From a virus: DNA of 64,000 bases. The first letter of the stretch is position 1, and every line of letters starts with the position of its first letter. The notes below the pieces were generated by a model, which did not search any database, was not told the DNA's origin, and saw only the letters and a list, made by a program, of their open reading frames with translations. This document shows positions 7,981 to 16,060 of this stretch, piece after piece. Where the stretch lies: IMG/VR virus record IMGVR_UViG_3300021142_000014, positions 1 to 64,000 of that record; one strand, 5' to 3'. Position numbers and translations under genes: made by a program.

Positions 7981-8742
7981 ATGAGTGAAGCAACCTATGA
8001 AGGTATTCCAGTTCCACAGTGCTACAAGGACTTGGAGGATGTGCTCAATGCCGGTGTAGACCGTGTCATTTTGTACGGCCCTCCAGGTACTGGTAAGACT
8101 TACTCTGGCCTCAACTTTGGTATTAACCAAGCTGGTGCCGAGCGTCTTATCTGTTCTGAGGATATGACGAATGCCGATGTCTCAGGTTCTGTCATGCCTA
8201 ATGAGCATGGTGGGTTCACATTCGTTCCAGGTGCTGCATTACGTTCCTGGATCGGTGACGGTACTATCGGTGCTCGTCTCGTTGTTGACGAGATTGACAA
8301 AGCCGGTGGTGACGTACAATCCACTTTGTTGGCATTCCTTGACAGTGTTGAGTCTTCATCGTTCAAGCACCCTTACACTGGAGAGACTTATACTCCAAAT
8401 CCAGGGTTCTCAGCGATCATGACTACTAACCTAGAAGACATGGATGAGTTGCCAGTCGCACTCAAGGACCGTTTTCCGATTGCAATCAAGATTGATGCTG
8501 CACATCCTGCTGCATTGATTGCTGCATTGCCACCGGAACTACGTCAACTTGCAGCTACAATCGTAGCTGGTAAGCCAGGTCAACGTGCTTCTCTACGCGC
8601 ATTCAAAGCGTTTGAGCAGCTTCGTAGTACTCCTGACTTCGGTGTAGAACGTGCAGCTCGCATGGTATTCGGTCGTATGGCTGATCCTATCATTGATGCT
8701 CTCAAGATTGGCACTCTAACTCCTGAGTATTCTCTATCATGA
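7981..8742 (+). CDS. MoxR/CbbQ-type AAA+ ATPase
   Basis: Walker A GPPGTGKT, Walker B VVDEIDK, TTN sensor, ALKDRF arginine finger. Confidence 0.9.
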   Translation: MSEATYEGIPVPQCYKDLEDVLNAGVDRVILYGPPGTGKTYSGLNFGINQAGAERLICSEDMTNADVSGSVMPNEHGGFTFVPGAALRSWIGDGTIGARLVVDEIDKAGGDVQSTLLAFLDSVESSSFKHPYTGETYTPNPGFSAIMTTNLEDMDELPVALKDRFPIAIKIDAAHPAALIAALPPELRQLAATIVAGKPGQRASLRAFKAFEQLRSTPDFGVERAARMVFGRMADPIIDALKIGTLTPEYSLS

Positions 8743-10220
8743 GTTATGACGATGACATTCTCAAGGATGAGGTAATGCCCCTACCAGGGGTTATTACCTC
8801 ATTCCGAGAGGATATTCAACAGCCAATCCAATGGGATGTTGTTCCAACTTCTGGTGAGCTAGGCGTAGGCGTAGACTTTAGTGCTGGTGTAATATCTGTT
8901 CCTCTTTCAGGTGACAGTTATTCTCAGCGTTTACAACTACAACAGCTTATCAAAACTCGTGTTTCTCCAGTTGATGACAAAGTATTATCTGAGTTAGCTA
9001 GGCAATACAAGACTAGTGGTGTTACGCTAGATGTTCTTCGTGTTTCCGAGCAAGCTCGCATCAACAAAATAACAGCTCAGTTTGCTGCTGCTAAGGGGAT
9101 AGTCACGGAGCCTGATGGTCACGAAAAGATATTGGGTAAGAGGTTGGCAACAGCCGGTGATATGCGTTCATGGGATAAAGCAGTGGAGTTCACTGCTCAG
9201 AATGCAGGTACGAAAGCTTTCGATTCATTCGCAAGTGGTATTCGTTCTGTTAATCCTGAGTGGAGTAAAGATCTGCGTAATCTCAATAAACGACTGGGTA
9301 AAACCTTCAACGAATCTGTTCAAGAACTCGGCGATACAAGACCACTTAACTTTGGTAATGATATCGTAGGTCCTAGAGGTTTACGTCACACTCTTTATGC
9401 AGCTAATGAAGTTGCTGAGTTTATGTCTGCAGGCTATAGAGCTCCTCAGAGCATTAAAGCCCTCAGAAGAGACTCAGAGGACAAACGAGCTCGTGAGTGG
9501 GGTGATACCAATGAAGATGGTAAGGTTGACTCTAATCAAACTACACTGGATACATCGGATGTACCAGATGACTTCGAATTTGCCTATGATGATGGTGAGT
9601 TTGGTAAGTTAGTCTGGGCTGAAGATCTGCCGTTGACCGTTGAGGTTAAAGGTTATATGCGCCGTAAAAAGCGTGGTATGCAGTCTGGTCGTAGAGTATC
9701 TTATCCTTCACGTCTACTTACTGACCCAGAGCGCAGAATATTTAGCCAGAAGGTTAAAGTCAAAGGTGGTATCGTTGTCGTTGACATATCAGGTTCTATG
9801 AGCTTGAGTCAAGCAGACATTGAATCCATCGTTGAAGCAGCTCCAGCTGCAGTCATTATGGCATATAGTGATTGTGGTGAGAACAGTCCCAATGCTTGGC
9901 TCCTTGCTAACCGTGGTTGGCGAGTAAGTCACGTTGACAACATTGGTGGTATGAACAATGGTGTTGACGGTACAGCATTGACATGGGCAATTCGACACAA
10001 GAAGTATGGTGAAGATATTGTCTGGGTCAGTGACGGTCAGATTACCTCAATGAATGGTGGACAACGAGATGAGTTGGCAATTCAATGTGCTAAGTTAGTC
10101 AAGAAGCACAGGATCATTATGATTCCTAGTGTTCAAGAAGCAGTCGCAATGTTTAAGAAAGGTAAGCTTATCAACAAGCCTGCCGGTCCTATTCGCGATG
10201 CTTTGCTTGGTAAACTTTAA
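8739..10220 (+). CDS. von Willebrand A (MIDAS) domain protein, partner of the AAA+ ATPase
   Basis: VVDISGSMS MIDAS and WVSDG; ATGA overlap with the AAA gene. Confidence 0.85.
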   Translation: MSYDDDILKDEVMPLPGVITSFREDIQQPIQWDVVPTSGELGVGVDFSAGVISVPLSGDSYSQRLQLQQLIKTRVSPVDDKVLSELARQYKTSGVTLDVLRVSEQARINKITAQFAAAKGIVTEPDGHEKILGKRLATAGDMRSWDKAVEFTAQNAGTKAFDSFASGIRSVNPEWSKDLRNLNKRLGKTFNESVQELGDTRPLNFGNDIVGPRGLRHTLYAANEVAEFMSAGYRAPQSIKALRRDSEDKRAREWGDTNEDGKVDSNQTTLDTSDVPDDFEFAYDDGEFGKLVWAEDLPLTVEVKGYMRRKKRGMQSGRRVSYPSRLLTDPERRIFSQKVKVKGGIVVVDISGSMSLSQADIESIVEAAPAAVIMAYSDCGENSPNAWLLANRGWRVSHVDNIGGMNNGVDGTALTWAIRHKKYGEDIVWVSDGQITSMNGGQRDELAIQCAKLVKKHRIIMIPSVQEAVAMFKKGKLINKPAGPIRDALLGKL

Positions 10221-10224
10221 TCAT

Positions 10225-10254
10225 GCGTTCCTTGAGTAACGTTATGTAACTCAA
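10225..10254 (+). ncRNA. H-type pseudoknot motif
   Basis: GCGTT/AACGT stem; loop TTGAGT pairs with ACTCAA. Confidence 0.55.
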
Positions 10255-10355
10255 AGACCTGGGGGTCTATCAAGCGACCCTCAGGTGCCATGCATATCAT
10301 ATGGTATGCAGTGTGCTAAATAGCACTGTAGTAAGAAAAAGCAAGGAGTAAGTAG

Positions 10356-10733
10356 ATGGAAGAGTTTAATCTCGACTTGATGCTTGACGAAGCAGCAAAT
10401 GCACGTATTGCCCACGCTGATTACCTTAATCGGGTTAAAGATTGGGGTGTTGAAATGGGGCAAATCATGGAGCCATTCACTTCAGTTGCCATGATCCTTA
10501 TGGATGATGACAGGGATGAGGATGATTTTAATCTTATGTGCAGAATGTTTCCTTTAGGACTTCAATTAGCCGTTGATAAGTTAAATGAATTCTATGAAAC
10601 AATGCAGAGTGAAGCAATAAAAGTCCTTGGTGCACCATTTCAACTTCATGATCAACACCATCCTTTGTGTGGAGAAAATGATAATAAATGTGGACACCAA
10701 GATCACTACATGCCCAAGCAAGAAGACGAGTAA
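10356..10733 (+). CDS. Hypothetical protein, probable paralog of 11888-12220
   Basis: SD AAGGAG; shares LDE..R..(H/Y).D and G.PF with 11888-12220; C-terminal DQHHPLC motif. Confidence 0.8.
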   Translation: MEEFNLDLMLDEAANARIAHADYLNRVKDWGVEMGQIMEPFTSVAMILMDDDRDEDDFNLMCRMFPLGLQLAVDKLNEFYETMQSEAIKVLGAPFQLHDQHHPLCGENDNKCGHQDHYMPKQEDE

Positions 10734-10763
10734 TCGTCATAAATAAGAAAGAAAGTAAGTAAT

Positions 10764-11051
10764 ATGTCCAAAGAAACAAGACAAGCAATACTTGGAATGA
10801 AGAATTGCATTGCTCAAGAACAAGACATTGATCAGTTACGTGATGCAGCTTTTGGTGTTATTGAGCTGCTCACTGATGTTGATCGGTTAATTGAACAAGA
10901 AAAAGAGCAAAGTGGCAAAGTCATTCTACAACTTGTAGGTGTAATTGAAACTGCAAGTAAAGCTCTTGATCAAGCAGGTATTGAATTGTTTAATACTGAC
11001 ACAGTAAAAGAATTGGTAGATTTTGCCAATAAAGTTACTAAAGTTAATTAA
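10764..11051 (+). CDS. Hypothetical helical protein
   Basis: A-rich leader; 95 aa. Confidence 0.75.
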   Translation: MSKETRQAILGMKNCIAQEQDIDQLRDAAFGVIELLTDVDRLIEQEKEQSGKVILQLVGVIETASKALDQAGIELFNTDTVKELVDFANKVTKVN

Positions 11052-11870
11052 TCATTGACATGAATGAAATGCTCTCATAAACTCTCTAAGACTCAGGTCT
11101 GTTGAGATGGGTTATGAAGAGTGCTTTTCCTTCTTGTTGTTGCATCTTCATAGCCCTTCTGGACAGGCCAGGGGGCTTTATTGATCTGTGAAAAAGCCAG
11201 CTATGTCAACCCGCCAGATTGGATGTTATATTAATCCAGAGTGCCTAGTTGCAAGTCTTGCATTTCACAAACCCAGCCTAAAGGGGAAGCTTAGGTAGGA
11301 AGTAACATCCTTAACAACACACTATGAGGTCTAGGCCACTGACCCAAAAAACGTGGCAATCCCATATAACTTTTATCGGTTATATGGGACCTAGTCACAT
11401 TATGGTACAAGACTTAAACGGTTCCATACGCTAGCATCGTACTGCAACCCACTATAAAGGGAAGTTTATAGAAGGTTTACCATTTCACCTAAATAATATA
11501 ATAAAGGGGCACATATGCCTAAAATATGTTGTGGGCTTACTACAATAAACGCGCCATACTTCTTGGTTGGTAGGTTAGGAACCAAGGTCGCTTTGAGCAT
11601 AGCGTCGGGAATAAAGCTCAACCTATACATGCTGTCATGGTGTGTATAGGTGCCAAGTCCTGAACAAGACTATACCACAGTTGCAGGTGTAAAAACTGTT
11701 CAAAACTCAGCATGTGGAGAAGCACATGTAGGTTAAATCACCTTAAGTATAACCTGTTGGTGGTATAGGTGAGCCAACTACCTTAGAGTGTGAAGGCAAC
11801 TCTGGTGTTGTGAGTGGATCCTTATCGAACTCTCCGTCCTGGGTATGACGTTAAAGTGCCCACTTAAATA
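11052..11870 (+). ncRNA. Candidate ~820-nt large structured ncRNA (or a cluster of small structured RNAs)
   Basis: No ORF of 60 aa or more; dense hairpins, five or more pseudoknots, long-range helices such as 11236-11246 with 11794-11805. Confidence 0.65.
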
Positions 11871-11887
11871 ATAAACAAGGAGTAAGT

Positions 11888-12220
11888 ATGGATGAGAAAG
11901 AATTCAATTCTTTACTCGATGAAGAAGTGTCTACACGTTTACATTACGGAGATTCTGTAGGTAAACTAAAGACAATATTCATGGATATGGCAACACCAAT
12001 CTTATGGCTGAAAGGTGCCAGTGAAAACTGGGAAGACCTTGATGAGGATTCTATGGTTGTTGTTGGTAAATCATTAGAAGAATTGGTTGAATATGTCCGT
12101 GCAACTATGAAAGAACTATTGGATGTAATTCAAGATAGTGCTACATATTTGTATGGCGAACCATTCAATGAAGAATCATTCCATGGAGCAAACTGTCAAT
12201 GTGACAGAGATCATAAGTAA
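11888..12220 (+). CDS. Hypothetical protein, probable paralog of 10356-10733
   Basis: SD AAGGAG; C-terminal H/C cluster. Confidence 0.8.
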   Translation: MDEKEFNSLLDEEVSTRLHYGDSVGKLKTIFMDMATPILWLKGASENWEDLDEDSMVVVGKSLEELVEYVRATMKELLDVIQDSATYLYGEPFNEESFHGANCQCDRDHK

Positions 12221-12233
12221 GAAAGGAATTATC

Positions 12234-12467
12234 ATGAATGTTAAAGGCGTTCAAACTGGAGCGGAGTTAGTTATTACTATTAACTTTGATAACGTTAATC
12301 AGTCAGAAATCTTTAATAGGCTATTTGTAGAATGTTTACAAAAAATGGCTGATGAAGATGGCTCTCAATTAATGGATATCAAGGGAGATAGAGTAAAAAA
12401 CCTTCGTCAAACAGAAATAAGTGAATCAACAAGTAAATTATCGGAGAAATTTAATAATTGGATATAG
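12234..12467 (+). CDS. Hypothetical protein (start moved to MNVKG)
   Basis: SD AGAAAGGA before 12234. Confidence 0.7.
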   Translation: MNVKGVQTGAELVITINFDNVNQSEIFNRLFVECLQKMADEDGSQLMDIKGDRVKNLRQTEISESTSKLSEKFNNWI

Positions 12468-12474
12468 GAGTTAA

Positions 12475-12870
12475 ATGTCTCGAATGGTAACATGGCGTCG
12501 GGATAGAGAAGAAGCAATGTGGAAAGCAAAGACTGCAGGATATTCAATTAAGTTTGATTTAAAACTTGAATTATCTGCAGGTATTCAAAGTGCATTGATA
12601 AATAAAAATGCAGTGCTTAAAGTAATGCGTCCTATCCCAGGCACCAATAAGAAAGAATTGTTATTTAGTAAAGAATTTTCGTCTAGCTGGATAGCTAAAG
12701 ATACTATAGATTCTTTACTATTTTTATGCTATAGTCTTTTTATAGTTTTAGGAGAAAATGAACAAGCTGAACAGTGGTTTATCGATACTCTAAGTAATTT
12801 TAAAGGTGTGGATTACCCTGAACAACCAGATCCATCAGATTATACTAAAATGTTTAAATATTATAAGTAA
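12475..12870 (+). CDS. Hypothetical protein
   Basis: SD AGGAG; 131 aa. Confidence 0.75.
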   Translation: MSRMVTWRRDREEAMWKAKTAGYSIKFDLKLELSAGIQSALINKNAVLKVMRPIPGTNKKELLFSKEFSSSWIAKDTIDSLLFLCYSLFIVLGENEQAEQWFIDTLSNFKGVDYPEQPDPSDYTKMFKYYK

Positions 12871-12876
12871 TAAATA

Positions 12877-12936
12877 ATCGATAACCCCGTGAGGGGTCTG
12901 TATGGGATGACCTCCATGCACTGATGAGATAGGTCA
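12877..12936 (+). ncRNA. Type II hammerhead ribozyme with loop pseudoknot; GAUAA core variant; predicted cut after C12898
   Basis: ATC-GATAA-CCCC(GTGA)GGGG-TC / TGTATGG..CCATGCA-CTGATGA-GAT; loop TGACCT pairs with 3' AGGTCA. Confidence 0.85.
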
Positions 12937-12952
12937 AATTAAGAAGGATAAT

Positions 12953-13348
12953 ATGGATAATGAAATGTCAGATGAACTGAAGTTGCAACTCATTAAAACT
13001 CAGTTTAATAACTTGACAATGTGTATTAAAATGCAAATCACAATTCAGACTACTCTTGAAGCATACCGACAGTATGTTGCTGGTGAGTTGCCAGAAGTGT
13101 TCAACGATGTTGTTGAAACTGAAGCATTTAAAGACACTTTTAATCAAGCTGTTCAAGCTAGTACTGAAGTTCTTCAGAATCTTATTACGTTTGCAGATAA
13201 CGTAGGTTCTGTCTTTGGAATTGATTTCAGAGCACAATTGCCTAAAAACAATGATGAACTTAATCAGATGACTAAAGATTTACATGATGAATTGCAACAA
13301 CAAAGAGAATCCGATCAAGAATTTGATTGGGAATTTAAAGACAAATAA
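12953..13348 (+). CDS. Hypothetical protein
   Basis: SD AAGAAGGA; 131 aa. Confidence 0.8.
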   Translation: MDNEMSDELKLQLIKTQFNNLTMCIKMQITIQTTLEAYRQYVAGELPEVFNDVVETEAFKDTFNQAVQASTEVLQNLITFADNVGSVFGIDFRAQLPKNNDELNQMTKDLHDELQQQRESDQEFDWEFKDK

Positions 13349-13378
13349 TTAATGTATTAAATAAAGTAAGGAAATAAC

Positions 13379-13537
13379 ATGACAGTAAAAACATTTATAT
13401 GTCCACTTTGTAAAGAATCTTGGACAGGGCATCCCGCTTTGTCTAGGGTTGATAACAAGACTGATATTTGTTCACCTTGTGGCATGCAAGAAGGTTTTAA
13501 TGACTACTTTGGTGTACCATTGCAGTCAATCGATTAA
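13379..13537 (+). CDS. 52-aa zinc-finger protein (CPLC...PALSR.DN...ICSPCG)
   Basis: Manual translation; SD AAGGA. Confidence 0.75.
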   Translation: MTVKTFICPLCKESWTGHPALSRVDNKTDICSPCGMQEGFNDYFGVPLQSID

Positions 13538-13540
13538 TTA

Positions 13541-13604
13541 GTCGATAACCCCCGTGAGGGGTATTCATAGGATTGACCGCCTATGGACTGATGAGACAGG
13601 TCAA
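13541..13604 (+). ncRNA. Type II hammerhead ribozyme; GAUAA variant; predicted cut after A13563
   Basis: GTC-GATAA-stem III-TA / TTCATAGG..CCTATGGA-CTGATGA-GAC; pseudoknot TTGACC/GGTCAA. Confidence 0.85.
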
Positions 13605-13630
13605 AGTAAGAAATAAGAAAGGAAGTAAGT

Positions 13631-14263
13631 ATGTCAGAAATGATTTGGGTAGCCAAACGTGACGGCAGTGGTTGGATTTCTAATCGCACACGTGACGTAG
13701 TTGACCTAGCATTTACTGTAAGCCGTGAACATGGTGATTACTATAGTGAAGTGTTGATTCGTTCAACATGGCACGATGGTGATGATGCGCGTGCGACTAG
13801 AATTATTGGTCGTATGTATTTTGCTACTAACAAAAATGCTAAGGCAATTATTGAAGACATTATTAAAGAAGCCAATGGAACCTTCATCGTTAAGGATGCT
13901 GGTCGTGAATGGTTGCTTAATAAAATGCTTAGTATATCCATTGATGAAGGTTTAAAAGGTAAAAGTATTTTGTTTCCTTATGCAATCATTAATCATAAGT
14001 ATATACGTAAAACACCGCCAGTTCCAACTACAACTGTAACGCCAACAACGGCTCCAGTTAGCCATGGATTGTTTAAGCCTGTTATGACTAAAACAACTAT
14101 AGATGAATCAGTTGAAGCTGAGGTGGAACAACGTTTAGCATCAATGTCATCTAACATGATAGAAACTATTACTGAAGTAACAGAAACTGTAAAACCAGTA
14201 ATAGAAACACCAAAGACTATTGTTATCAATGGTAAAGAAATAACTATCGGTTGGCCTAGCTAA
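13631..14263 (+). CDS. Hypothetical protein with Pro/Thr linker
   Basis: SD AAGAAAGGA; 210 aa. Confidence 0.8.
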   Translation: MSEMIWVAKRDGSGWISNRTRDVVDLAFTVSREHGDYYSEVLIRSTWHDGDDARATRIIGRMYFATNKNAKAIIEDIIKEANGTFIVKDAGREWLLNKMLSISIDEGLKGKSILFPYAIINHKYIRKTPPVPTTTVTPTTAPVSHGLFKPVMTKTTIDESVEAEVEQRLASMSSNMIETITEVTETVKPVIETPKTIVINGKEITIGWPS

Positions 14264-14270
14264 CTGAGCA

Positions 14271-14314
14271 ACCCCACCATGGTGGCTTGAGACAGTTCAA
14301 TTCTGTCTTGGGGT
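14271..14314 (+). ncRNA. tRNA-like minihelix
   Basis: ACCCCA/TGGGGT stem, TGGT-containing connector, GACAG-TTCAATT-CTGTC T-arm; followed by a GNRA hairpin. Confidence 0.65.
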
Positions 14315-14368
14315 GCTACGTCGGGAGACGTTAGAGTAAGTAAATAAACAAACAAGTAAAGGAATAAT

Positions 14369-14722
14369 ATGAAAGCAATAGTAGCATCTGCTGATTTTAA
14401 ACTTGATGTAGTTGAGTTTAATGAAAGTAAATCATATGAAACTATACGCGATGCAGTAGATGGCATGTTTGATTGTGTTCGTCTACCTAGTTTAGGTGTA
14501 GACATGTGGGTTAATGATGAAGGTAAATTAAATAACCTTGATTTAAACCCATTTGGTACCGCATTGTGGGTTTCAGAATATGGTATGACTGATATTGTTG
14601 TTGGTGATGTAATTATTACCGGTGGTACTGATGGTGAAGGTAAAACATTAGGTATGACCAATGAGCAGGCAATTGAAGTATTAAAATCTGCTCGTGCAAT
14701 GATGGATGAATTAATTAAATAA
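14369..14722 (+). CDS. DUF3846-like phage protein
   Basis: AVDG..DCV, MWVNDEGK, IVVGDVIITG motifs. Confidence 0.75.
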   Translation: MKAIVASADFKLDVVEFNESKSYETIRDAVDGMFDCVRLPSLGVDMWVNDEGKLNNLDLNPFGTALWVSEYGMTDIVVGDVIITGGTDGEGKTLGMTNEQAIEVLKSARAMMDELIK

Positions 14723-14750
14723 CAAATATTAAGTAAGAAAGGTAAGCAAG

Positions 14751-15134
14751 ATGGGATTAGATCAGTATGCATATGCTGTTATGCCGCATCCAGATAATAC
14801 AGATTTGAGTTATGTCTGGACTCATGAACAATATGAAGGCAAAGTCTTTTTAATTGCTCAATGGCGTAAACATCCTAATATTCAAGGTTGGATGGAAAAG
14901 CTATATGAAAGTAAAGGTGGAGAACGTGTTTTCAACTGTCAACCAGTTCGAGTGACATTTCAAGACCTTATTAATCTTAAGTATGCTGTAATAAATGAAA
15001 AGCTTCCAGTAACTCAAGGCTTCTTCTTTGGTGAAAGTCTACCAGAAGATAGAGAAGATGACCTTAAATTTATTGAGGATGCTATGAAAGCTATCGGACA
15101 AGATATGGAAATCTATTACGATAGTTGGTGGTAA
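14751..15134 (+). CDS. Conserved phage hypothetical protein (MGLDQY...WRKHP...YYDSWW)
   Basis: Recurrent phage family motifs; SD present. Confidence 0.8.
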   Translation: MGLDQYAYAVMPHPDNTDLSYVWTHEQYEGKVFLIAQWRKHPNIQGWMEKLYESKGGERVFNCQPVRVTFQDLINLKYAVINEKLPVTQGFFFGESLPEDREDDLKFIEDAMKAIGQDMEIYYDSWW

Positions 15135-15141
15135 TAAGGTA

Positions 15142-15183
15142 GCCTTGATGGTCGTAGAGTAGGTTCGACTCCTACTCAAGGCA
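15142..15183 (+). ncRNA. tRNA-like minihelix
   Basis: GCCTTGA/TCAAGGC (7 bp), connector TGGTCGTAGA, GTAGG-TTCGACT-CCTAC; same geometry as 7866-7906 with compensatory stem changes. Confidence 0.8.
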
Positions 15184-15234
15184 CTACGTCGGGATGACGT
15201 TAAACAAACAAACAAGTAAGAAAGTAGGATAAAC

Positions 15235-15651
15235 ATGGGAGACCGTGGACAAGTACAACTTATTGGTACATATGGATCAGAGCATTCTATCTATCTATAT
15301 ACCCATTGGGGAGCTAGTCATCTAGAAAACGTTGTAGCTGACGCTATAGTACGTGGCAAGGGTCGTTGGAGTGATGACGAATACCTTAACCGTATTATCT
15401 TCAGTGAAATGATTAAAGATGATGTAATGTCTGATACTGGATATGGTATCGGACTTTCTCTTCATGGTGATACATGGAAGTTAGTTGTTGTAAATCACAT
15501 TGACCAAACTGTTGGTATTAAGGTAGTTAACTATGATAAAGTTGACTGGCAAAACTACAACGAAGACGATGTTGTATGGGATTGGGAACTAGAGCCAGTA
15601 CCTTTTGAGGTGTTTGTTTATCTTAATAGTTTAGTTACAACAAAGGAATAA
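15235..15651 (+). CDS. Conserved phage hypothetical protein (MGDR...YLYTHWG)
   Basis: Recurrent phage family motif; leader and SD. Confidence 0.8.
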   Translation: MGDRGQVQLIGTYGSEHSIYLYTHWGASHLENVVADAIVRGKGRWSDDEYLNRIIFSEMIKDDVMSDTGYGIGLSLHGDTWKLVVVNHIDQTVGIKVVNYDKVDWQNYNEDDVVWDWELEPVPFEVFVYLNSLVTTKE

Positions 15652-15653
15652 TA

Positions 15654-15818
15654 ATGGGTAAAAAATTAGACAAAGCTTTTTATCAATTGAGCAATGAAAC
15701 TCGTCATCACATTAACTTAGCAATGGCTAAGCAAACTGATTTTGAGAATGGATTTGCTCAAGGATTTGCAGAAGCATTACGCATAGTAGCAAATATAAGA
15801 GAGAAGGAGAATGAGTAA
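15654..15818 (+). CDS. 54-aa hypothetical protein
   Basis: Manual translation MGKKLDK...IREKENE; SD AAAGGA. Confidence 0.6.
   Translation: MGKKLDKAFYQLSNETRHHINLAMAKQTDFENGFAQGFAEALRIVANIREKENE
15769..15809 (+). repeat. 41-bp exact direct repeat (second copy 16070-16110)
   Basis: CAGAAGCATTACGCATAGTAGCAAATATAAGAGAGAAGGAG occurs twice. Confidence 0.9.
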
Positions 15819-15993
15819 AACATATATATATAATGTACAGTTTGTGTTTGACTATGCTGTGCTCATAACTACGATTACATCTGACTCTGAAGATGACGAT
15901 GTAATTGAAAAAGAAGCATTGGGATGGTTAGAACACAATGGATTTGCTATTAAAAATACTATCAATGATATAATTATTGAGGAAATAGAATAG
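15811..15993 (+). CDS. Small acidic hypothetical protein
   Basis: 60-aa ORF between the 41-bp repeats. Confidence 0.65.
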   Translation: MSKTYIYNVQFVFDYAVLITTITSDSEDDDVIEKEALGWLEHNGFAIKNTINDIIIEEIE

Positions 15994-15999
15994 TAAAGA

Positions 16000-16060
16000 A
16001 TCGAAACGCCGGGAGGCGTCTGTATGGATTAGCCACCATGCATTGATAAGATAGGCTAAT
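16000..16060 (+). ncRNA. Type II hammerhead ribozyme; UUGAUAA (U3-A8) core; predicted cut after C16020
   Basis: ATC-GAAA-CGCC(GGGA)GGCG-TC / TGTATGG..CCATGCA-TTGATAA-GAT; pseudoknot ATTAGCC/GGCTAAT. Confidence 0.85.

Noticed and set aside
11835-11862. Pistol ribozyme or preQ1 riboswitch for the small pseudoknots
   Set aside because: No pistol P2/P3 or cleavage-site region, no preQ1 loop consensus, and no queuosine gene context.
11052-11870. tmRNA, RNase P RNA or group I/II intron as the identity of the large structured region
   Set aside because: No tmRNA acceptor/T-arm/CCA ends, no GAGGAAAGUCC RNase P motif, no group II domain V or group I P7 consensus seen, and flanking genes are not split.
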